NCBI RefSeq assembly: GCF_009914755.1 | Contig: NC_060935.1 | Direction: 5' to 3' (one strand) | Length of the DNA: 64,000 bases | Origin: the human T2T-CHM13v2.0 reference genome, Homo sapiens | In this document: in pieces, positions 1 to 11,833 of the stretch | Layout: the number at the start of each line of letters is the position of its first letter | Position numbering within the stretch: position 1 is the first letter of the stretch | Made by a program: the position numbers and the translations under genes | The notes under the pieces: model-generated | Database searches by the model: none | What the model saw: the letters and a program-made list of their open reading frames with translations, nothing else | What the model was told of the DNA's origin: nothing

Positions 1-1182
1 TGGCTCCTTTGTTTTCTCTGAAGGCAGAGAATCTTCTAGTGCATGTGATTTACAATGGTTTGTGTCCTGGTCTTATCTGCTACTGCTGACCAGTAGTTTG
101 ACACAAGTGGGCTGTGCTGAAATCTCTGAACCACCCAACCCCCCGCCACCACCACTCACCCCACACCTTGTCCTGAGCTCAGCATGTCACTGCGTATGGG
201 AAGTGGGGGGCGGGGTGGAGTTCATGGCCAGATCCTCCAGGTCAGGTGCTTTGCAGGCTAAATCTTACTTGACCTCCTAGCAATTGGGTGATGTAGTGCC
301 CAGGCCACAGATGAGGATCCAGAGAGTAGGAGAGGCAAAGGGTTTTCCCCCAGGAACATGATGGAGCCAGGAGTTGGACCCAGACCCTTAAGGTTCCAAG
401 GTCTTCTCATCCCCTCTCAGTCGAGGTCAGCTGGAGGGGAGAATAAATGTGCTGGGGGCTCAGGAGTTCTTGGAGTCAGGGTTGATGATGCCACTGACCT
501 CACTGGACTTAACATTCATTCAACAAATATTTGTCCCAGACACCAGAAGAACCAGGGGAAGCTCCACCCCTAGCCCCAGGTGCCTGCCTAGGCGCAGGCA
601 ACACTGCGGATGAGGTGGGACCCTCTCTTGGGGGCGTGAGCTAGAAGAGCAGGCATTGGCCATAGGCTCTGGCTTGCTGCAGAGGTGCCTTTTGTCTGGC
701 AAGGGGAGCACAGGTGGGGGATGGGGCTGGCCCCAGCCAGGACATTGTCTGTGTCACTCAGCAGCAGACTGACCGGCGCCTGCTGCCTGGCCAGCAATGC
801 TGACCCCTCTGCCTGCCCTAGCCAATATTTGAGGTCAGGAGGCAAGTACAGCATCTGTGGGCAGACGACAGGGCCAATGGGGTTCTCCTCCAGGCCTTCT
901 GCTGCCACTCTGCTTCCTGAAGCCAGGAGGCCCAGTTCAGGTGCTCCGCCAGGGCTCCCGTGGTCCTGCCTGCAGGGGCGAGGTAGCAGGACCCCCTTGT
1001 TTAGCCTCTGCTGCATCCTTAGCTGCAGCAGGGAGCCTGCCAGGCAGGTGTGCGGTGAGTACCTCTCGCCGAGGCCCCCTAGGCACTCTTGTGTCAGGGT
1101 GGTGCTGTCTGAGATCCTGGAGGCATCTCAAATGGGGACCCTTTCTTAACCACAGACAGGCAGGACAGCGATGTCTTCCTGC

Positions 1183-1250
1183 ATGACAGAAGGGGAAACT
1201 GAGGCCCAGAGTGATGCAGCCCGGGACCTCCCAGGACAAGGTCCAAGCTC
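1183..1250 (+). mobile_element. MIR SINE core fragment
   Basis: ACAGAAGGGGAAACTGAGGCCCAGAG is the MIR core motif; similar fragments lie near 305-400 and 3060-3140. Confidence 0.6.
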
Positions 1251-4200
1251 TTACCTCAGGTATGGAGTTTCCATGATAACTGTGGGTCACTGCAGCCCCA
1301 CTGCCGGGCCTGGGGTCTGCACTGTCACTAGCATCCCCAGGGACTTGAGGGATGGCACAGCTTTGGGAAGAAATCCTGCCCGTGGAGGGGTCTGTGCCCT
1401 GCCCCACTCGGACCATCTCAGCCCTAGATATTAGCTAGCTGTGGGCCATCTGGGGGAGCATCTGAGAACCGGGCCTCGAAACTTGGCTAGAGTTTGGTCA
1501 GCACCACGAGGTCCACCTGCCCACTGGGGCCTCCAGGTTCATCTCCCCAGGTGTTGCCTGAGCTTGGCTTGTGATTCCAAAACCAGGTGAAGGCGCAAAA
1601 GCCGTGTCTCTGCCGCAAGGGGCCCGTGGGCCCAGGAACGCTCAGAACTGAGCTTGCTCCAGAGAAGACACGCAGGGCCAGGGAAGCTGGAGGAGCAGTC
1701 GCCCTCCCCTCGCTGTCCTGGGGGGTCTTCCTGAGGGAGGTGCCTTCTGCTCAGAGACTGAGGATGAGGAGAGAGGGGACAGCCTATGGGGACAGGGGAG
1801 GAGCCTCTCCCAGTCCCAGGGGTCATCTTCCAGGAAGGCCCAGCCCATCTGAGGAGCTCCATAAGCCCCCGCGATGGGTGGCAGGGCTGGGGCTCTGTGG
1901 CAGGGCTTTGAACTCCCAGCCAGCCCCAGGACGGCTGCCTGGCTGTGTTGCTGGCCCTGCTCCTGGCCCTGCCCCACTGTCCCCGAACTGGATCCAGGCA
2001 GACAGGGAAATGTGGATGTCAGCTCTGAACCACCACATTCCTGAGGTCCCCTCCGGGCCCAGAGCTGCACGGCCTCCTCTTTCGCGTTAACCCGAAAAGC
2101 CGTGCTGGGGGGTCCTGGCCCCTCCTACTCTGCCGCCTCTGCATTCCCTGCCCCTGCCAGCGCGGCCCAGCCAAGGCTTGCAAGCGCATTCCCAGGGGGC
2201 CTGGGGTGGCTGCCGCCTCCCGCAGGCGGAGTATTTTGGGGGTGTCCCCTAAATGAAAACAGGGCAGGAATGCTGGAGGCCACACTGTGTCCCCAAGGCT
2301 TGGGTGCGGTGCTTGGAGCTGGCACAGAAGAGAGTAGCGGGAGGGAGGAGGAGAGCGGAGGATGGGAGGAGAGAGGGGCCTGGAAAGCCCAGGAGAGCCA
2401 GCTGGACAGGGTGGGACGGCATGGGAAGGAGAGGGAGCCCCGTGAGGGCTGCAGGCCACCAGGGCCCTCGAAAAATCACTCGCGGGAACAAGGGTGGAAA
2501 TCCTGTCTGCCATGACGCTCACCCTCTCTGTGGCCCATTTTCTCATCTGTGAGTTGGGGGATGATGTTCTGAGGTCCTCACAAGGCAGGGCCTGAGTAAG
2601 GGCTGACGGGGAGCTAGGTTTGGCCTCCGCCCTGTCCTCAGGAAGGGGCCGTGTGGTGTCCACGTGTGCTGGCCCTGGTGGTCCCCTTGGGGTCCTGTTC
2701 CCCGTCGGTCATGGCGCTGGGCCTCCCTGTGGCTGATTTCTTGTGGGTCGTGGAATTTCTAGTTTTAAGGGGACCAGTGTGGCACAGCAGGGTGCTCCCC
2801 AGGCAGGTGTGGGTGGGTGTCTCTTGTGGAGGCCCCCGAGACACTCCTGAGTCCAGGTGGTGCTGTCTGAGGTCCTGGAGGCAGGTCCTGGCTCAGGCAG
2901 AAATCTTGTCCAAAGGGAATCTTGTCAGATGCCTCCTACCCTGACATCCCCATCTGCTTCCCCACAGTGATAGCCTGGTAACCGGCTGTGCCTCTTTGTC
3001 CCTTGTCCTCCCAGGTCCCTACACGGGTCAAGATGGGAGCCGCCTTAGAGATCTCTATTCTGCAGAGGAGGAAACTGAGGCACAGACATGGATGGAGGGA
3101 ATTTGGCCAAGGCCCTTTGGCCTTCTGGGCCAGGACTCCAGCCCCAGCCCAGTGGCAGGAAGAGGGTCTCATGCCACCCCTCAACCCTGATAATCCTGCA
3201 TGCACGGCACAGGCCTCGAACCTCCTCTCCCCTGGCCTGGTCCCACCCTAGTGGGCCCGGCAGTGGGGCCTTCCATCCTGCCTCTGTCACTGCCACAAAA
3301 GAACATCATGATGCATCCCAGGCCTCTGTCCTTCAGGCCATGGGGGGCTTCCCTGAGCACAGCCACTCACCACATGCCTGAGTCTGGATCTCATGCGAGA
3401 ACTGGCCTGGACCCCTGGACCAGGGTAAGAGGGAGACACAGCAAGGCCCAGACAGGTTGACCGACTGCCCAGGGTTTCTGGCCAACGAGCAACGGAGCCG
3501 TTTTGACGCCCAGGTCTGGCCTTTTCGGTCTGCAGCAGGCAGCATTGGGAAGCAGGCTTGGGCCCCCTCCCGCCACCCCAGCTGCTCCTCTGAGCCCCCG
3601 AGGTGGGCACCAGACCCAGGCCTCTCCCACGGCAACAGGAGGGTACAGAAAAGGCGCCTTTGTCAAACCCTGGAGAAGGCCCTGCTGGGCAGGGGCAGTT
3701 AATGGACCGGCCCGGGGTGGGCCCCACACAATGGAACGTTGTGCCGCCTGTCGGGGGCGATCACCATGCTTGCCCATCAGAGCCCCGTCGCAGGGACACA
3801 CAGCTCATGGGTGCAGACACACAGTGGCTGCCCAGGAGCCAGGCCTTCCAGTCTGAGAACACAATGGCCATCAGTCACCAGCATGGCACGGGGCCCTGGG
3901 CATGGGGAACCGGCAGCAAAGGGCCGATTTGAGTGCCGGGGGCACCACCAAGACGCCCAGGCTTGGGAGGGTGAGGCCAGCCTGGCCCAGCCCTGCACAG
4001 CCGTAGCCTTGACACGCGTCTCTCCTTCCTGAGCCTTGGTTTTGCATTCCCACAGTGGGGCCAAAGCCACCTCTTCCACACCTGCCAAACTGTGGGAGAG
4101 ATGATGGGAAATCAAGGAAGAAAAGGCTCATGGGAAAGAAAGTGTGTAGATAAGGCTTCAGAAAGGTAATGGGAAGCTATGCCTTGGTCTAAGAAGCCCA

Positions 4201-4292
4201 TTCAGAACCTGCACACCACGGCTGTGGCCCCCAAACGCCCCTCGGATTGGGGGGAGCTGGACCAGGCATCACATGTCAGGGAGCAGTCCAGG

Positions 4293-4367
4293 GGTCTCCC
4301 CACCGCAGACCACACCGAGACCCCAGACGCCCTCTGGTCTCTCCACCGCAGACCACACTGTGACCCC
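4293..4367. repeat. Short direct duplication, 32 bp x2
   Basis: GGTCTCCCCACCGCAGACCACACCGAGACCCC (4293-4324) vs GGTCTCTCCACCGCAGACCACACTGTGACCCC (4336-4367), 3 mismatches. Confidence 0.9.
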
Positions 4368-5610
4368 GGGCACCTGCTCCCCACTTGGAGCTGGTTTCTC
4401 CGAAACTGAAATGAGGGAGCTCAAGACTCCCAGGTCTTTCCTTCTGCCTCCCTGGACACCAGAGGCTGCTGCCGTTGGGCTCTGAGGACCCCTGACACAG
4501 AGGAGCCCCAACATGGGCTGAGAGGGGGCCTGGGCAGTGCAGGCCGCAGTGTCCTCCCTGCCCTGGCAGCATGCAGGGACCCCAAACCTCCAGCGCGAAA
4601 TCACTAAAATAGCCAGCAGCAGCTTTCCCACAGGCCTCCCATGTGGTATTTTTAGCCCTGGAGCCGGAGGCTTGGCTTGTTAAGAATAGCCTGGGGCAGT
4701 GGGAACGTGCTCCTGCTGCAGGCGGGCTGCGGACTCCCATGCACCGGTAGCGGGTGCTCCAAGGGCCGAGAGGCGTCCATAGGCCGTAGGCTCCCCCGCA
4801 GGGACAGGGGCAGGTCTCATTTGCAAAATCAAAAAGGCACAATCCAATGCATCAGGCTTCTGTGACCACAGTCAAGAAAGAGGGTGGCTGTCCTCACAGA
4901 GAACCCCCGTGGCCGAGCCTCCCAGGGGCTGGCAGGCTGGATTTGGCCTTCCACCTTGCCCTCTGTAGCCCCATCCCGACACTCTCAGCGGGTGAGGAGG
5001 GTAAGCTTCCAGGGTCAGGCTGGGTGAGTGGTTCCAGCCCCAGGGGTGGGGGTGCCAATCCCAGGTCCCAGCCAGGACCTCATGCACCTGAGTCAGCTCC
5101 TGCACCCTGGAGTGTCTGACAATTCTTCCCCAAGGAGATGCTCCACCACAGCATAGGTCAGAAAGGGGCCTGGAGTTTTGTTGGAGGAGCCCTTGGTCCC
5201 TCAACACCCCAGCCAAGGAGAAGCGCCCCAGCCCCTCACACATGCTCCTTGGAGATTTGGTCCAGGCCCCAGGGTTGGAGTGAAGCTGTCCCACCATCAT
5301 CCCAGGCACATCTGGGGCAAGAGGCCCATCCCTAGTCGGCCCTGTTCCGCCGAATGGGCTTTTGTCCGAAGCTGCAGTCTCTGTAGGGTAGAGCGGTAAG
5401 GCTGGCAGGACTGCGGAGGCGTGGGATCTGGGGCGTACACAGCCAACAGTCAGTGCTGTGAAGACAAAGAACCTGAAAAGTCAATGGCTTCCAAGAGTGA
5501 CAGGGACCGCCTTTCATCCAGTTCTTCTTGACTCTGAAACCTCCTATGGCTCCCCAGTGCCTGCAGCAGCTAGAAATACAATTCACCGATGAATCCTTGT
5601 TTTCTTCCAG

Positions 5611-5649
5611 ATACAAACTCATCTGGAAGCATTAAAACAATGGAAGCAG
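5611..5649 (+). other. Candidate 39-nt internal exon (unvalidated)
   Basis: Acceptor CCTTGTTTTCTTCCAG|AT, branch-like TTCAC ~25 nt upstream, donor CAG|GTGAGA. Confidence 0.3.
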
Positions 5650-6073
5650 GTGAGAGCAGAGAGATCCCGAGCGCAGGTGAGGTGGGGTCCCTGAGGCGGG
5701 CTCAAAAGCTGCTTCCCAAGGCAGGGGGGCCCCTATGTGCCCTCTGAGAGCACAGCCTGCAGACGGAGTCCAGACGTCTCAGGCAGGCCTTTGAGGCCTT
5801 CGTGTCAAAGCCCAGTTCTACCACATCCTAGGGTTATACTTTCGGCCTGGTGGGAGTCGCTGGTCCCCAGTTGACAGTGTCATTGGGAAAGTCCAGTGGT
5901 AGACCCCGGCACAGCAGGCGCTCAGCAGTGCAGCAGTATCATTGCTTAGCCCCACCTCCCTTTCCAGACTCTGCACCCCTCCTCAGGCTCAGAGCAAGGG
6001 CCTGCCCCTGCCCCTCCACCGCCCCCTCCTCACTTACCCCTGCGACTCTGCCCAAGCAAGACCTCCCCCTGGA

Positions 6074-6260
6074 ATTCATTCATTTATCAACTCATTATGC
6101 AGCCAGCCAGCCATCGTTTCTTTTTTATCCACTTTTTCTGAGGGCCTGCTGTGCGCCAGCTGCTGGAGACATGAAGACATCGAAGACCCCAGGCCTTGAC
6201 CTCCAAGAGCCCCCAGTTTGGTGGAAGAAACAAACAAGGAGACTGCAAAACACACCCTGT
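6074..6260 (-). mobile_element. L2 LINE 3' fragment
   Basis: ATTCATTCATTT tail followed by CTGAGGGCCTGCTGTGCGCCAG..., typical of an antisense L2 3' end. Confidence 0.65.
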
Positions 6261-7009
6261 GATGGGGAGGGTTGAGGTGGCCAGTGGGAGAGGCGAGCTG
6301 GCAGGGCTCAGTGGTGAGGTGAAGGTGTGGGAGCAGGGACACAGCATGAAGGAGTAGATGGCCAGGTTGAGCTTTGCAGGCTCCAGGGGGAGGATAAAGA
6401 GCTGACACCTGGAACGTGCTTGGAACAGCAGGTGCTCGGTCAGTGCAGCCACGACCATCCCGTCCTGCATCCCCACCATGAACTTGGACCTTCTGGAAGG
6501 ACCTTGCTTATCCCAGCATCCACACATCCTTGACCAGACCTGGTCAACATTTGCTTAGTAAGTGAATCAATGAATAGTTTGCTCCAAAAGGCTGTTTGGT
6601 AATGGAGTTAGCCTATGGGAAGCTGTGGGGTGAGGGAGGAGAGAGACGATTCTGACCTCCCGAGGAGCTGGGCTGTGGTCTCCTGCTCTGCCTGAACCAG
6701 CCCTGGGCCCTTGGTATGAAGACCCGGTGGATATGCTAGCCCAGTGTTCTGTATCTTCCTCCTCCATTGAAGCCTCTGCCAGCCTCCTCTCACCCATTCC
6801 TGCATGTGCCGCACCAATCTGTGTGGAGCGCCCACTCCAGCCAGGCCCTGCTCTATCAGCAAACTCAGCAGGCAGAACCCCTGCCCCATGGCGCTGCTTC
6901 AGCGTGGTGAGACAGGCAAGGAGATCAGGAGCAAGAGGGCGTGGGGGTCTGCTAGAAGTCGCAAGTGATGCAGAGTAGAGCGGGGACATTTGGAGCACAG
7001 TGGACAGGG

Positions 7010-7400
7010 ATTACGGAGGTACAGGGCAAGGCAGCCCAGGAGGCGGGAGCGGCCAGTGCAAAGGCCCCGAGGCAGGAGGGCACAGAGGCCCGTGGGGTGG
7101 AGCAGAGGGAACTGGGAGGATGGGCAGATGGGTTTGGACCTCATCGGCCACTGGAAGGATTTTGATTTTCCTTGAAGACAGGAACTAATGGGAGGCTTGG
7201 TCTCACATTTTCCCAGGAACCGCCTGGCTGCTGGGATGAGAAGAGACTGGAGAGAGACCACGATGGAAGCCAGGAGGCCAACGAGGAGTTGGGGTAGTCC
7301 TCCAGGGAGACATGATGTGGCTTCAGCCCCAGTGGTGATGGCGGGGTAGAGCCAGCAGCGTTCTGAACTGAGTGGATGTGAAATGAGGGAAAGAGGGATG
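7010..7400 (-). mobile_element. L2 LINE fragment, interrupted by MLT1D
   Basis: L2 hallmarks GTGCAAAGGCCCCGAGGCAGGA, GAAGGATTTTGATTTT, CTGGCTGCTGGGATGAGAAGAGACTGG. Confidence 0.65.
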
Positions 7401-7401
7401 C

Positions 7402-7878
7402 TGCGGTCGGCAGAATCGTGCCTCCCGCAAAGATGCCCCATCCTAACCCGTCACCCTTGACAGTGAGACCTCCACCACAAAGGGGACTTTGCAGGCATGA
7501 AGGTTAAGGACCCTGAGAGGAGGAGATGGCCCTGGACTGTCTGGCGGGCCCAGCATCATCACAAGGGTGCTTATAAGTGGAGGAGGAGGCAGGGGGAGCC
7601 GAGCAGATGTGAGGATAGAAGCAGAGGTCGGAGGGACGTGCTGTTGGCTTGAGATGGAGGAGGACCTATGAGCCAAGGAGCATGGGCGGCCTCTGGAAGC
7701 CAGAAAGGGCAAGGCCTCTTCCCGGAGCCTCCAGCAGAACCCAGACCCGCTGCCACCTCGACTGCAGAACGGTGACACCGTGTCCGATTCCTGACCTCCA
7801 GAACCGTGAGATAACACGTGTGCTGTTTTAAGCCACTGCAATTGTGGTATTTGTCACAGCAGCCATAGGAAACTGTAC
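7402..7878 (+). mobile_element. MLT1D-like MaLR solo LTR
   Basis: Begins TGCGGTCGGCAGAAT..., contains GGACTTTGCAG and CATCACAAGGGTGCTTATAAG, ends TTTAAGCCACT...ACAGCAGCCATAGGAAAC. Confidence 0.85.
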
Positions 7879-8446
7879 GGGGGTTAAAGAGGACCTGCTG
7901 ACCTCTGAGCTCACACTGAAGCCTCCTGGAATGCTGTGGGTTGTGAGCTGGGATGAGAACGCAGCATGGAGATGAAAGACGCATCCACCCAGGAAGGCCC
8001 ACTGGCATCGCAATCTCAGGGAAGATTCCCAGGCTGAAAAAAGAGAAAGTGGCTAGGGTGGCACTGAATGCCCCACGTCAAAGAAATGGCACCCAAGCCG
8101 TCCGTCAGTCCCTCACCTGCCACACAGACAGCACCTTGGACCCAGCAAGATGTCACTCACCACATTGATGCTGTCCACAGGCATCGCCTTGCTTTTGCAG
8201 CTCTGTGTGAGATTTGTCAGCTTGGTTTGGGTCTGGGGCTGTATTAGAGCTGTCAGCCTAGGAGCCTACCCTAGTTTTGTGTCTGCACTATTTCCAAAGC
8301 ACTGGAATAAAAGGCATTTTAACCAACACCAGGAACCCACGGGAATCTTTTCAAAGGATCTGCATCAGATCAGCCTAAGGAACACTGCTGTCGGTGATGA
8401 AATCTGTTGAGGATTCGAAGCTGGCGTGTGGTGCACGCAAATTCCT

Positions 8447-9110
8447 TTTTTCTTTTTTAATCAATGATTAGATGATTCCTTAGAGCAGTTTTAGGTTCAC
8501 TGCAAAACTGAACAGAAAGTGCAGAATTCCCATATCCCACCTTCCCAAACACACACACAGTTTCCTCTGTGACTAACATCTTGCATCTTGTGGTACATTT
8601 GTTACAATTGAGGAACCAATATTGACCCATTATTATAAAGTCAGTAGGTGACATAAGCAGTCACTGTTGGTGTGGTGATTCTGTGGCTTTGGATAAATGT
8701 ATAATGACATATATCCGCCATTACAGTATCACGCAGAATAGCTTCACTGCCCCCAATGTCCTCCGTCCTCCATCCACTCACTCCTTACCTCCCCCAGCCC
8801 CTGGCAACCACTGATCCTTTCCTGTCTCCACAGTTTTGCCTTTTCCGTATGTCACAGGGTTGGAGTCATACAGCTTGTAGCCTTTTCAGATCGGCTTCTT
8901 TCACTGAGTAATGTGTAGTTACTCTTCCTGTCTTTCAGCGACTTAAGAGCTCATTTCTCCTTAGCACTGAATAATAATATTCCGCTATCTGGACGTACCG
9001 CAGTTTATTTATCATCCGCTTTGTGAAGGGCACCTGGGTTGCTTCCAAGTTTGGGCAGTTATGAAGAAAGCGACGAAAACATGCCGAAAACCTGGCTCAC
9101 GCACTGTGTT
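8447..9110 (-). mobile_element. L1M (L1MC/MD-type) 3' UTR fragment
   Basis: GAGCAGTTTTAGGTTCACTGCAAAA, CCCTGGCAACCACTGATC, GGTTGCTTCCAAGTTTGGGCA. Confidence 0.85.
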
Positions 9111-10541
9111 CATGGCGTGTGGAGGGGGCGCTTCGACCATCAAAGGAAGTTTGGAAGGAGGCAGAGTTCGGTGGCCTTGGGGCCCCTGGGGCGGCATGAC
9201 TCCAGGGGGTGGGAGAGCTTTCTGGAAGGTGAGCTGTCCAGCAGCGTGGGGACTAGGGCGGCTAGGACATCTCAAGAAATCCTTCCCTGACACATCGCCT
9301 CCCCCGCCAGGTCTAAGCAGAGGCCAGGAAGACCTGACAGGGATGTGTTCTGCTCTGCGAGAAGACTGGGCACTGCTACATCCTGGGACTCTAGGCCTGG
9401 GCAGCTCTTCCCTTGGCAGAGGGCACTGCTCTCCTGCTGCTGCCGTCACCTGCTTGCCATCACCACGAGGGGCAGCCCGAGGGCAGGGCGTGAGAACCTT
9501 TCATCTCTATCCCTGCTCCCCATCTCAGGACCTCCAGGTGCCCCCAGCCACACCTGAGCCATGAAGGCTTTGCCATCTGACCCCTGCTCTGCACAGGAAG
9601 AAGCAGGAGATGGCACAGATGGGCATAGAGCCAGAGCCACCCCAGCCCTGCTGCAGGACCAGCCCTCAGCCGCGTTATCAGTGCCCATCTGAGTCAACTG
9701 TGCACAAAAACAGGAAGACTGGGACAAGATCTTTCACCTTCCTTCGATTGTCATCATCCAATTGTTCTTCCCGCGGTGACGCCATCCGGCAGCTTCACCG
9801 ATATTCCTCTCTGGCATGACAGGGCCAGGCCCACCCCCCACAGAGGAGACAAGGAGGCGGAGAAGCCAGCCTTTCTGCAGGGCATAGGCACAGGGCTATG
9901 TGGTTGCCAGATGCACAGAAAGACCCTCAACCACAACCTGGGCTTTCAGGGCAAACCCAAGGGGCTTTTCGTGACTATGCCGGGGGCGTGGAAATGACTC
10001 CTCAAAATGCAGCACTTGCGGCAACAGGGGAGCAGCCCTGCCAGAGAGGCCCAAATCCTGGACTCAAGTGCCTGCTGCATGGCAGGTGGTCCCGGACAGT
10101 GAGGGCCCTCTCAGAGGAAAACATGGTGAGACCTGGGATCTGGGCTTTGACAACTGGCCAGTAAGATTGAGGCTGGCAGGCTTGTGGGCACAATTGGCCA
10201 CAGCAGCCGCTGCACTCCTGGAAGAGCTGCATGAGGAGTAGGTGGCTTCCCCAGAGTCCCCACCTCCAGCAGGAAAGCATGGACAGGAACCAGAGGGGCT
10301 GGAACCTCTGGAGACCTGGTAGGGAAAGGCCACCCAACCCCCCGGTGCTTCTAGGAAGATTTTTCAATGTATGATTCTGACCAGTGGGAAGTTGCCACAA
10401 AGCCCTGGGGCTGGAAGAAGCCATGCACCAGGATAGCAGGTCTTAAGTGAGGAGGGCAAGGACAAAGATGAATCAGGACACCCACCCAGAGCCCGGAAGG
10501 TGGAAGAAGCTGCCCTCACCTCACCAGCCCCTGCTAGATAC

Positions 10542-10608
10542 TCACACACTCACACACATGGGTGTGCAGGTGCACACACGCATGCACACACACACACACA
10601 CACACACA
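10542..10608. repeat. (CA)n microsatellite
   Basis: Imperfect then perfect CA run. Confidence 0.95.
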
Positions 10609-11284
10609 GGGGCTGCTGGGAAGTGAGTGGGTCCCTGCTCCCTGTGGAATATGTGAAGCCACTTGGGGCCAGCTGGGCTTTGCCACATCATTCCCGCCTG
10701 TGAAAGAGGCCTCTGAGGTTCTGGTGCCACCTGGATAATTCAAAGCCCATCCAGCCTGGGGTTGTCCCCCTACCAGGATCTTCCCCAGGGCTTTGGAGGC
10801 CTCACCCTTCCTGGCCTCCAGGGGCTCCATTCATGTCCAGCATAAACACATGGCCGGGAGGGGAGGCTGGCTTTGCTGATCCCAGGGCCCAGACGTTCAC
10901 AACTGGGAACTTGAAGGGTGTGGGGCCGAGTCCCAGCTCCTACACCTCTGTCCTCACCTCTGCACCAGGCCTGAGATCCCTGGTCCTAAGTACCTCCTGG
11001 GGATGATGTGAGCTCCGGGAAGAAAAGAGGAGGCAGGGCTTGATGACAGGAGCTCCTGGGGCAGGTGGGGCAGCTGGGATGACCGTGCTGGTGGCAGACT
11101 TTGAGGGGCACGGGATGCCTTGCTCTCCTCCACCCGCAGGGCTTTAACAATATGCAGCAAGCTCAGCTGGGTTTGGGAGGCCATGACAGCCCAAGCCCCC
11201 TGCAGCAACAGTGAATGTTTCTCCTGACCAAGATTGGCTGGGAAGAGACAGCAGCGTGCCATCGGGTGAAGAAGGTGGGTTGTG

Positions 11285-11560
11285 CAGAAAATTTCAGCTA
11301 CAAGCGACAGAACACCAATTTAAACTGGTTACAGCCAAAAGGAGAGGGTTAATTGATGTAGAAGAGCTTCAGGCATAGCTGGTTCCAGGAGTCTGTCATC
11401 GGAACTTGGGGTCTCCATCCCTCCTTCTCTAGCTCTGCTTTCCCGTGTTGGTATCACTCACAGGCAGACTCGTCCTTCTGTCTTTTCCTTCTAGTCCAAG
11501 ACGGGCATGGCGCCAGAGCCATCCTTGTCCCGGGTGGCCACCTCGCCAGCTGCAGAACCA
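11285..11560 (-). mobile_element. Old MaLR LTR (MLT1K/L-like) fragment
   Basis: CAAGCGACAGAACACCAATTTAAACTGG...GCTTCAGGCATAGCTGG...CTCTGCTTTCC. Confidence 0.55.
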
Positions 11561-11689
11561 ACTTCCGGCAGCATTATCCGTGCTTTCCTGAGTTGACGAG
11601 CACCATGCACTCAGGGGAGCTCTACCTTGCTTTGAGGGTGGTTTGGATGTTCTCTCTTCCCTCTCTTTTCTTTCTGCCCCCAACAGAGA

Positions 11690-11833
11690 GACAGTTGTGG
11701 GGACAACTGAAGGGGCTTGGTACTGGCATCTGGAGGGCAGAGGCCAGAGATGCTGCTAAATACCCTACAGGGCCCAGGACAGTCCCCACAGCAGAGAATT
11801 ATCCGGCCGCATTGCAGGATAGAGAAATCCTGG
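11690..11833. mobile_element. MER20 (hAT-Charlie) fragment
   Basis: TACTGGCATCTGGAGGGCAGAGGCCAGAGATGCTGCTAAA...CAGAGAATTATCCGGCC. Confidence 0.85.
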
